NCBI GenBank assembly: GCA_963770955.1
Contig: CAVYRK010000007.1
Span: forward strand, 145,769-209,768
Direction: 5' to 3'
Origin: an uncultured Actinomycetota bacterium
GTDB lineage: Bacteria; Actinomycetota; UBA4738
DNA length: 64,000 nucleotides
Both the position numbers and the translations under genes were made by a program. The notes under the pieces are model-generated. The model saw only the letters and a program-made list of their open reading frames with translations. It was not told the DNA's origin and made no database searches. Positions 29,384-36,818 of the stretch are shown one piece after another (within the stretch, counting starts at the first letter, position 1; every line of letters starts with the position of its first letter).

Positions 29384-30501
29384 TCGGACGGTACGGCGGC
29401 CACGACGACCCCGTCCTCGATGCGGATGGCGGCGATCTCCTCGGTCACGTCGATCCCCACGGGACACCAGGTGATGCACCGGCCGCACCCGACGCACCCG
29501 GAGGTGCCGAACTGGTCGATCCACGACGCGAACTTGTGCGTCAGCCACTGCCGGTAGCGCGACGAGCGCGCCGTTCGGACGTCCCCACCCACGGTGTGGC
29601 TGAACTCGTCGCTGAAGCACGAGGCCCACTCGCGGGTCCGCGTCGCGGTGGTTCCCAGGATGTCGGTCGCGTCCACCACGTCGTGGCAGAAGCACGTCGG
29701 GCACGCGGACGTGCAGTTCCCGCACGCCAGGCAGCGGTCGCCCACCTCGAGCCAGCGCGGATGCTCCCGGTTGCGGTAGAGCAACCCCGGCAGGTCGCCG
29801 GTCTCCAGAGCCCGTCCCATCGCGCCGGTGGCCCGCTCGGTGACCTCCCGGTCGGCCCGTTCCTCGTCGGGGGTGGCCTCCCGGGCACCGGCCGCCAGCA
29901 GCAGCTCGGCCCCGAGCTCGGTGCCGGCGTCCGCGACGAAGCCCCCGTCCAGCTCGGTCAGGGAGACGTCGAACCCGCTCGAGCACCGGGGTCCCGTTCC
30001 CATGGACGCGCAGAAGCACGTCCCCCCGGGGAACTCGCAGTTCATCGCGACGAACACGGCGTCGCGCCGCCGTTGGGCGTACGCCGGGTCCGGGGCCGGA
30101 CCCTCCAGGAACACGCGATCCTGGACGGCCACGGCGTGCAGGTCGCAGGAACGGATGCCCACGAATGCGATCGGCCGCTCGTCCTCGGGCGTGGCGGGCT
30201 CGAATCGCAGATCGCCGTCATCGCGCGCAGCGGTGCCCAGGACCTCGCGGGCGGGAAAGAGGAAGCGCTTGGCCGAGTCCGGCCCGTGGGCGAACCCGAA
30301 CCACCGGTCGTCCGCCCGTGGGACGACCCGGTACCGGCCGGCCTCCTGCTCCTCGCCCATCCCGCGCGGAAGCTCGTCGGAGGACGAAATCTCGTCGAGC
30401 ACGATCGCCCCGTCGCGGACGGTGGGTCCGATCAGCCGGTATCCGCGGCCGACCAGATCCTCGAGCAGCCGTTCGAGTCCACTCCTGTCGACAAACCGCA
30501 T
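29380..30501 (-). CDS. hyhB: Hydrogenase beta subunit (4Fe-4S ferredoxin-type, sulfhydrogenase HydB-like)
   Basis: 373 aa with Cys-rich motifs CEFPGGTCFCASMGTGP, CLACGNCTSACPTCFCHD and CVGCGRCITWCPVGID. Confidence 0.8.
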   Translation of the reverse strand: MRFVDRSGLERLLEDLVGRGYRLIGPTVRDGAIVLDEISSSDELPRGMGEEQEAGRYRVVPRADDRWFGFAHGPDSAKRFLFPAREVLGTAARDDGDLRFEPATPEDERPIAFVGIRSCDLHAVAVQDRVFLEGPAPDPAYAQRRRDAVFVAMNCEFPGGTCFCASMGTGPRCSSGFDVSLTELDGGFVADAGTELGAELLLAAGAREATPDEERADREVTERATGAMGRALETGDLPGLLYRNREHPRWLEVGDRCLACGNCTSACPTCFCHDVVDATDILGTTATRTREWASCFSDEFSHTVGGDVRTARSSRYRQWLTHKFASWIDQFGTSGCVGCGRCITWCPVGIDVTEEIAAIRIEDGVVVAAVPSE

Positions 30502-30504
30502 CCG

Positions 30505-31126
30505 CTATCCCCGGGCACCGACCTCAGCGTCGAATTCGAAGCGTACACCCAGCACCCCCGGCACACTCCGGGCGAGCAGCTCGGCGAGCCGGCGCTCCGA
30601 CGGGCCGCCGCCTCCGGCGAGGACCACCTCGCCGCCGCGCACGATCACGTCGAAACGTCCGACCATGAAGGCCTGGTCACCGATCAGGGCCTCCACGTCC
30701 GCCTTGATCTCGGAGTCCTCGCGGACCATCGTCCGGAGCAGGTCGCGACGGCTCAGGATGCCCACCACGCGAGCCCCCGACACGATCGGGATGCGCTTCA
30801 CGCGGCGTTCGACCATCAGGCGCGCGGCCTCAGCCGCGTCCGCGTCCTCCGGGAGCGCGATCACGTCCCGCGTCATCACTTCGTCCGCCTGCATCTGGAC
30901 CCTCGACGGAGGCTCCCCGGTGGGGAGGATGTGCCGCCTCGGGTCCTCGGAGGTCTCCAGCCGAACGAGGTCGGCCTCGGACACGATCCCCACCAGCCAG
31001 CCGTCGTCCCCGACGACCGGCACCGCGCTGATCCCGCGCTCGACGAGGATCGACGCAACCTGCTTCAAGGAAGTCGTGGGCGAGACGCACACGACCGGGT
31101 GTCGACATCAGCTCCTTCACACGCAT
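30505..31126 (-). CDS. CBS-pair plus BON-domain protein, first gene of the hydrogenase transcription unit; apparent 1-nt insertion near 31098 displaces the first ~10 codons
   Basis: MRVKELMSTP is in one frame and (V)CVSPTTSLKQVASILVERGISAVPVVGDDGWLVGIVSEADL... is in the next. Removing one G from CCCGGTC joins them as ...MSTPVVCVSP.... The C-terminal BON-like segment is GGEVVLAGGGGPSERRLAELLARSVPGVLGV. Confidence 0.75.
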
Positions 31127-31266
31127 CGAACTCACCTCCGATACCATGCTCCGGCAGGCGGCTGCTCCCATCCCGGGTCCTCCGACCCGCATGCCGGAGG
31201 TCCATTGGCGGTTGGTTCCGGAGCTCGCCCGGTCCAGGCTCGAGGCGGCGCACACTGGAGGCGACC

Positions 31267-31734
31267 ATGGACACGACGCGTGACGACCGAATCACCCTCG
31301 GGACGGTGGGCGACGCGATGACGGCGACCGTCGTCACGATCGGCCCGGACGAGCCGCTGGGCGAGGCCGCGAGAACGCTGGAGCGCGCGGGCGTCTCGGG
31401 CGCTCCGGTCCTCGACGGCGATCGCGTCGTCGGGGTCCTGTCACTCCGCGACATCCTTCGCTCGACCGGCGACGGCGGCGGCCCCGTGGCGACGACCGGC
31501 CCCTGGCTCCGACACGAGCGCGACCTCGATCGCTCCGGCCGGCTGGTGGCGGACATCATGAGCCGCCGGACCGTGACGGTGCGCGCCTCGGACTCAGTGG
31601 TCGACGCGGCTGCGCGGATGCAGGCGGCCGGCGTGAACCGGGTTCCCGTGATCGACGACGACCACCATCTGGTCGGCATCCTCACCCGCGACGACATCGT
31701 CGCGGCCGTGGCGGGGTCGCGCCGTCCGGGCTGA
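31267..31734 (+). CDS. CBS-domain pair protein
   Basis: 155 aa with two CBS motifs (VGDAMTATVVTIGPDEPLGEAARTLERAGVSGAPVLDGDRVVGVLSLRDIL; VADIMSRRTVTVRASDSVVDAAARMQAAGVNRVPVIDDDHHLVGILTRDDI). Confidence 0.8.
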   Translation: MDTTRDDRITLGTVGDAMTATVVTIGPDEPLGEAARTLERAGVSGAPVLDGDRVVGVLSLRDILRSTGDGGGPVATTGPWLRHERDLDRSGRLVADIMSRRTVTVRASDSVVDAAARMQAAGVNRVPVIDDDHHLVGILTRDDIVAAVAGSRRPG

Positions 31735-31744
31735 CCGACACCGA

Positions 31745-32176
31745 TCAGGCGACGGGCACGGGCTGCACCAGCTCGACGCGAACCTCGGGCGGCTGGCGCA
31801 TCGAGTTGTGGACGGTGCACCGGTCCACGACGGCCCGGAGCCCGTCCAGGCGCTCCGGCGGGAACCCCGCGGGAAGCGCCAGATTGACGTCGATGCGCGA
31901 CACGCGTGCCGGATGCTCCGCCATCTGGAACCGGCACTGCACGCGCAGCCCGTCGGCGTCGATCTCGTGGCGCCGCATGTATCGCTCGGCGAAGTACCCG
32001 ATGCAGGCGCCGAGCGAGACGACGAACAGCTCCACCGGGGTGGGGCCGAGGTCCTGGCCACCCGCGTCGTACGGTTGGTCGGTGGTCAGGAAGTGCGCCC
32101 GCACGTCGACCACGAACGAGTCGCCGGAGGTCCAGTAGACCGAGATGCCGGAGCGGGAGGCCGTCATCGCACCCAC
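31745..32176 (-). CDS. OsmC/Ohr-family peroxiredoxin-like protein
   Basis: 143 aa. Motif GPTPVELFVVSLGACIGYFAE matches the OsmC fold and first Cys region. Confidence 0.8.
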   Translation of the reverse strand: MGAMTASRSGISVYWTSGDSFVVDVRAHFLTTDQPYDAGGQDLGPTPVELFVVSLGACIGYFAERYMRRHEIDADGLRVQCRFQMAEHPARVSRIDVNLALPAGFPPERLDGLRAVVDRCTVHNSMRQPPEVRVELVQPVPVA

Positions 32177-32177
32177 C

Positions 32178-32726
32178 TCAGATGAAGAGCGTGATGGCGT
32201 CCTGGGCTTCCATCAGCATGGTCGTCGCGCCGGCGGGCTCCGACAGCCCGTCGATCATGTCCTCACGACGGAGCCCCAGGAGGTCCATCGTCATCTGGCA
32301 GGGGACCAGCTTCACCCCGAGCGCCACGGCAGTCTGCAGCAGCTCGCCCGGGCTCGCGACCTCGTGCTCGCGGGCGAGGTGCTTCATCATCGCGGGCCCG
32401 GCCCCGGCGAAGTTCATCTTGCCGAGCTTCAGGTGCTCGATGCCCGGGCGATCCATCATCGCCATCATCTTCTGCATCCAGTCGTCGCCGGTGATCCGCA
32501 CGTCGTCCTTCACCAGGGCGAACAGCCCCCAGAAGGTGAAGAACACCGTGGTGTCCATCCCCATGGCCGCGCCCGTGGTCGCCAGGATCATCTGCGGCCA
32601 CACCTTGTCCAGGTCGCCGCTCCACGCGATGATCACCAGCTTCTGGTGGGGAACGTGCTCGTGCGTATGCGCCGGGACCGGCGTCTCCTGCTCTCGGACC
32701 GCTTCATCGATCGCCACGTGACTCAC
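32178..32726 (-). CDS. DsrE/DsrF-like sulfur-relay family protein (copy A)
   Basis: KLVIIAWSGDLDKVWPQMILATTGAAMGMDTTVFFTFWGL...GVKLVPCQMTMDLLGL matches the DsrE/YchN fold. The probable GTG start overlaps the tusA stop (GTGA); the upstream 26 codons of the called ORF are likely not translated. Confidence 0.65.
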   Translation of the reverse strand: MSHVAIDEAVREQETPVPAHTHEHVPHQKLVIIAWSGDLDKVWPQMILATTGAAMGMDTTVFFTFWGLFALVKDDVRITGDDWMQKMMAMMDRPGIEHLKLGKMNFAGAGPAMMKHLAREHEVASPGELLQTAVALGVKLVPCQMTMDLLGLRREDMIDGLSEPAGATTMLMEAQDAITLFI

Positions 32727-32956
32727 CCCTTCCTCAACAGGAAGCGGAACACGCCCGCCTCCTCGGTCTGCTCGACGAGCTCGTTGCGCGTGGCCCGGCA
32801 CCAAGCCGAGAAGTCCGGCACCGACCCGGGGTCGGTCGCCAGCACCTCGACGACGTCACCGGTCGCACACTCCTTCATTGCCAGCGCCGTCTTGACGATC
32901 GGCATCGGACAGGCAAGGCCCTTCAGATCCAACTGCTTGGCGATCGTCACGCTCAT
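32723..32956 (-). CDS. tusA: TusA-like sulfurtransferase (SirA/YedF family), copy A
   Basis: 77 aa with the CPxP motif (LDLKGLACPMPIVK). Confidence 0.8.
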   Translation of the reverse strand: MSVTIAKQLDLKGLACPMPIVKTALAMKECATGDVVEVLATDPGSVPDFSAWCRATRNELVEQTEEAGVFRFLLRKG

Positions 32957-32969
32957 TTGCGCCCTCCTC

Positions 32970-34118
32970 TCACATGGCCCGTTCCGGGATCCGGCCTTGC
33001 GGCACGGTCACCCAGTACAGGCGGTTGAACATCCACTTGGCCGAGTGCCACAGCGCCGAGGGCGCCGGCGGCACCGGCGGGTGCTCGTAGTCGAATCGAA
33101 GCGCGGTGGCCTTGCGGCCGCCCGTCTCCAGGAAGCACATGACGCGCCCGCCGTAGTTGGTCCGCGGGGCCGTCCCCCGGACCAGGGACGCGATGCGGCT
33201 CGCGACGACCGGCGCCTCGAAGTGCGCCGTCGACCCGCTCTTGCTGATCGGGAGGTTCGTCGCGTCGCCCAGGGCGAAGATGCGCTCCCGCCCCTCGACC
33301 TGCAGCGTGTGCCGGTCGGTCGGGACCCATCCGCCCGCGTCGCCGAGTCCAGCGTCCTCGATGACCTGTTGCCCCCGGTGGGGCGGCACCAGGACGAGAA
33401 GGTCGTATTCGGCCTTCTCGCCCTCGAGCGACTCGACGGTCCCCGCGTCCGGATCCACCGACTCGACGTTGAAGAACGTCTGGAGCCCGATGCCCCGGCG
33501 CTCCATGATCGGCTGGACCAGCTTCGAGGCCGGCTCCACCGTGAACGCGCGGCTGAGCGGCGACAGCAGCGTCACCTCGCTCCGGTCGCGAATCCCCCTG
33601 CGGCGCAGTTGCTCCTCGATCAGCAACACGTACTCGACCGGCGCGGGCGGGCACTTGTAGGGAATGCCGGCCACGCCGACCAGGAGGCGGCCGCCGCGAA
33701 ACGCGCGCGCGGCCTCGCGGAGGCGCAGCGCGCCGTCCAGTGAATAGAAGTGGTGCGCGCCCTCGACCATCCCCGGCACGTTCTCGGGAAGCAGGCGAGC
33801 TCCGGTGGCCAGGACCAGGTAGTCGTACGGCACGGTCGACCCGTGCTCGAGCCGGACCACGCCCTCCCCGGTGTCGATCGCCGCTGCGGCCTCCACCGCC
33901 AGCTCGACGCCCGGTCGCAGCAGGCCTCGCTCGTCGCGGGACAGCCACCGGCCGTTCGCCTGGCCGAGCGCGACGTACAGGAAACCCGGCTGGTACTCGT
34001 GCATCCCCGTGGGGTCGACCACGGTGACGCGGGCGTCACGGCCGAGTTGGCGGTCCAGCAGGTTGGCGACCAGGGTCCCTCCGACCCCGCCGCCCAGCAC
34101 CACGATGCGCGCCGGCAT
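32970..34118 (-). CDS. sqr: Sulfide:quinone oxidoreductase (FAD-dependent pyridine nucleotide-disulfide oxidoreductase)
   Basis: N-terminal FAD site IVVLGGGVGGTLVANLL. Conserved KCPPAP cysteine motif and a second Rossmann region (ALGDATNLP). 382 aa. Confidence 0.8.
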   Translation of the reverse strand: MPARIVVLGGGVGGTLVANLLDRQLGRDARVTVVDPTGMHEYQPGFLYVALGQANGRWLSRDERGLLRPGVELAVEAAAAIDTGEGVVRLEHGSTVPYDYLVLATGARLLPENVPGMVEGAHHFYSLDGALRLREAARAFRGGRLLVGVAGIPYKCPPAPVEYVLLIEEQLRRRGIRDRSEVTLLSPLSRAFTVEPASKLVQPIMERRGIGLQTFFNVESVDPDAGTVESLEGEKAEYDLLVLVPPHRGQQVIEDAGLGDAGGWVPTDRHTLQVEGRERIFALGDATNLPISKSGSTAHFEAPVVASRIASLVRGTAPRTNYGGRVMCFLETGGRKATALRFDYEHPPVPPAPSALWHSAKWMFNRLYWVTVPQGRIPERAM

Positions 34119-34124
34119 GGCGCG

Positions 34125-34364
34125 TCACCGGCTCTTCCGGATGACGAACCGCGCGAATCCATCCTCGTCGGCGACCTCGACCAGCTCGTGGCCGGCCTTG
34201 GCCGTCCAGGCGGGAATGTCGGTCCGCGACCCGGCATCGCTCGACAGGACGGCGATCACGCGTCCCACCGGCTCCTCGCGGATCGCTCCGATCAGCGACA
34301 GCAGCGGGCCCGGGCACGCCAGGCCTCGCGCGTCGATCTCCCGATCCACCTGTACGACGGTCAT
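34125..34364 (-). CDS. tusA: TusA-like sulfurtransferase, copy B
   Basis: 79 aa from MTVVQVDREIDARGLACPGPLLSL (CPxP motif). The upstream ~290 codons of the called ORF are junk. Confidence 0.8.
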   Translation of the reverse strand: MTVVQVDREIDARGLACPGPLLSLIGAIREEPVGRVIAVLSSDAGSRTDIPAWTAKAGHELVEVADEDGFARFVIRKSR

Positions 34365-34378
34365 CGATCTCACTCCTC

Positions 34379-34807
34379 TCAGATGAAGACGACCTGCCCG
34401 TCGGCGTTCACCAGGAACAACGCGACGCCGGCCACGTCGTCCACGATCGGATCCATGTCCTCCATGCCGAGCCCGAAGATCTCCATCGAGTTGGCGCACG
34501 CGTGCACGTGGACCTCGCCGACATCCTTCGCCTGCCGGAGCGTGTCGCTCCAGTGCTGGTGGCCGCGCCGTTCGCTGGCCCTCCAGAGCGCCGTGGATCC
34601 TTCGCTCCCGGCCTCGGGCGCCAGCCCGTGGTCCTTGGTGATCCGGTCGGCCTGAAACGCGTCGAGCGCCCAGTACTGCAGCAGCACGTCCACGCGCTTC
34701 CCGAGGGCGGCGGCCCCCGCGATCAGGATGGATGCGGCCGTCAACTTGTCGTCGGTTCCGGAGAACAGCACGACGGAGAACCCTTCTGGTTCCTGCTGTT
34801 CGCTCAT
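34379..34807 (-). CDS. DsrE/DsrF-like sulfur-relay family protein (copy B)
   Basis: 142 aa from MSEQQEPEGFSVVLFSGTDDKLTAASILIAGAAALGKRVDVLL...HACANSMEIFGL, a DsrE/YchN-like fold with the conserved Cys in HACANS. Confidence 0.65.
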   Translation of the reverse strand: MSEQQEPEGFSVVLFSGTDDKLTAASILIAGAAALGKRVDVLLQYWALDAFQADRITKDHGLAPEAGSEGSTALWRASERRGHQHWSDTLRQAKDVGEVHVHACANSMEIFGLGMEDMDPIVDDVAGVALFLVNADGQVVFI

Positions 34808-34874
34808 GTCCCGTTCCTTTCCGCCTTGCACGCACCCACAGTCGTTCACCGCGCACCCGGAGCGTGGGGCCGCC

Positions 34875-34943
34875 GGACCCGCATTGGAGGGGTCCAACGG
34901 CAGGACACCCGGGGGGGCCGGTCGTCCCGGACGGCGCGGGACC
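34875..34943. promoter_or_regulatory. Pair of inverted repeats in the divergent DsrE / flavodoxin-CBS promoter region: GGACCC-N9-GGGTCC (34875-34895) and GTCCC-N9-GGGACC (34924-34943)
   Basis: Read directly from the sequence. Arm sequence and 9-bp spacer are the same as the element at 3697-3717. Confidence 0.3.
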
Positions 34944-35012
34944 GACGACCCGAGGAGGGACGCGGGCCGCGGTGGATGCTCGGCGTGACCGACGACGAGG
35001 GAGGGATCGACG

Positions 35013-35537
35013 ATGCGTGCGCTCGTGGTGTTCGAGTCGGCGTTCGGGAACACGGAGAAGATCGCTCGGGCGATCCAGGAGGGCTTGACGTCGCTGGTGC
35101 CGACCCGTGCCATCGAGGTCGGCGGCGCGGCGCGCGAGCTCGGTGGCGACATCGACCTGCTCGTGGTGGGTGGGCCGACACAGGCGTTCGGCATGAGCCG
35201 GTCCGGAACGCGTCAACAGGCGGCCAAGCAGGCCGAGCACGGGGTGGTGTCGGACGGGATCGGAATCCGCGAGTGGCTCGCGGGCCTCGACGGCCCGGCC
35301 CCGCGGCTCGCCGCCGCCTTCGACACGCGCTTCAAGAAGCCCCGCTTGATCACCGGCTCGGCCGCGCGCTCCGCCGAGAAGCGGCTCCGGGAGCTCGGGT
35401 GCGGGATCGCCGCCCCGGCGGAGAGCTTCTTCGTGTCGGGGACGACCGGACCGCTCCTGGACGGCGAGGTGGAACGGGCCCGCCGGTGGGGAGAGCGACT
35501 GGGGTCGCTTGTGGAAGAGGCCGTGTCGCGATCATGA
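35013..35537 (+). CDS. Flavodoxin-like fold protein (hypothetical)
   Basis: The N-terminus MRALVVFESAFGNTEKIARAIQEGL is typical of flavodoxin-domain proteins. 174 aa. Confidence 0.55.
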   Translation: MRALVVFESAFGNTEKIARAIQEGLTSLVPTRAIEVGGAARELGGDIDLLVVGGPTQAFGMSRSGTRQQAAKQAEHGVVSDGIGIREWLAGLDGPAPRLAAAFDTRFKKPRLITGSAARSAEKRLRELGCGIAAPAESFFVSGTTGPLLDGEVERARRWGERLGSLVEEAVSRS

Positions 35538-35578
35538 TTGGGGCCCAGCCGACCGCCCATTCCCGGGGAGGAGTGACC

Positions 35579-35974
35579 ATGCCCAAGGCCGAGGACTACG
35601 TGAAGGAGCTCATGACGTCGCCGGTGGTGAACGTGGCCCCGCACGCAACGGTGGCGCAGGCCCTGCGGGCCATGATCGATCACGACATCGGTGCCGTGGT
35701 CGTGACCGAGACCGACAAGCCGCTCGGCGTGTTCACCGAGCGCGACCTGTCCCGCGGCATCCTCGACGACCCCGATCTCCTCGGCCGGCAGGTGGCAGAG
35801 GTGATGTCCTCGCCCGTCGTGACGGCGGGACCGGACGAGGAGGTCGTCTTCATCTTCCGGCGTATGGCCGAGAAGCAGATCAGGAGACTCCCGGTCGTCG
35901 ACGACGGCCACCTGATCGGCATCGTGACCGAGCGTGACCTGCTGCGGTGGGTGGACGCCGTCGCCTCGTCCTGA
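35579..35974 (+). CDS. CBS-domain pair protein (Hrp1/Rv2626c-like)
   Basis: 131 aa with two CBS motifs (ELMTSPVVNVAPHATVAQALRAMIDHDIGAVVVTETDKPLGVFTERDL; VAEVMSSPVVTAGPDEEVVFIFRRMAEKQIRRLPVVDDGHLIGIVTERDLL). A good SD GGGGAGGAG sits upstream. Confidence 0.85.
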   Translation: MPKAEDYVKELMTSPVVNVAPHATVAQALRAMIDHDIGAVVVTETDKPLGVFTERDLSRGILDDPDLLGRQVAEVMSSPVVTAGPDEEVVFIFRRMAEKQIRRLPVVDDGHLIGIVTERDLLRWVDAVASS

Positions 35975-36224
35975 TCGCTCAGCCTCCCGCAGGCTGGAGG
36001 GCCGCATCCAGCAAGCGCGTCACGTTCGCCTTCCACTGATCCGGCTCGGCGATGAGGAGGAAGGCCGCGCCCTGCGCGCCCGCGAGGGCGCGCAGGGCGC
36101 GGCGAGAGGAAGGGTCTTCATCCGACGTTCCGTCGAGCACCATCCTCGTGCTCACCTCCGGATTCACCCTGCACGAATCGGAGCGGAGTCCCTAGGGGAG
36201 AAGGTCCCGCGGTTCGGGAGTCGT

Positions 36225-36728
36225 TCAGTGCGCGGCGGCGATGCCGCCGATCGGCGATCCGTTCCCGGGGGCGGCCAGGCGTTGCTGGATGCGGCCGGCG
36301 ACACGATCCATGAAGTCCTTGATCGTCGCCTCGGCGACACGGTGCAGAAGCGCCCGATCGGCCACCCGTCCGACCATCCCGAACGGCGGCGTGTACCGGG
36401 CCGTCATCGCGAGCTGGGTGTACGCGGCTCCCATGGGCGCCACCTCGATCTCGGCATCCATCGCGGGCAGGAGGCCCTCGGCGTGCGCGGGGTGCCACGA
36501 GATGGGCTGGAGCGTCTTGAACTCCAGCCGCGCGGGCTCGCCCACCGTCACCACGACGCTGCGGCCCACCCGGACGGCTTTCCCGAAGCCCACCTCGGCC
36601 ATGCGCCGCTCGCCGCCCTCCTCGGCCGACGTGGCCAGGGCGGGCAGCCAGTCCTTCCCATCAGAGGTGAGGGCGGCGTCGACCGCCGCGAAGGGGGCCG
36701 CGATCTCGACGAAGGTGCGGACGAACAT
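36225..36728 (-). CDS. SRPBCC (Bet v1/START-like, polyketide cyclase/CoxG-type) family protein
   Basis: MFVRTFVEIAAPFAAVDAALTS... is a typical N-terminus for this fold. ~167 aa. Confidence 0.5.
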   Translation of the reverse strand: MFVRTFVEIAAPFAAVDAALTSDGKDWLPALATSAEEGGERRMAEVGFGKAVRVGRSVVVTVGEPARLEFKTLQPISWHPAHAEGLLPAMDAEIEVAPMGAAYTQLAMTARYTPPFGMVGRVADRALLHRVAEATIKDFMDRVAGRIQQRLAAPGNGSPIGGIAAAH

Positions 36729-36818
36729 GCAGGGAGCCTGGCAGGACAACCGAGCGATGCGAGGGGCCGACCGTCCCGACTTCACCGGGACCTCCTGCCC
36801 GAGCGGCGGAGAGCGGAC

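Noticed and set aside
35979-36167. 62-aa minus-strand ORF downstream of the CBS gene
   Set aside because: No motif or RBS. It overlaps a probable terminator hairpin (CAGCCT-cccgc-AGGCTG at ~35982-35998) and is likely spurious
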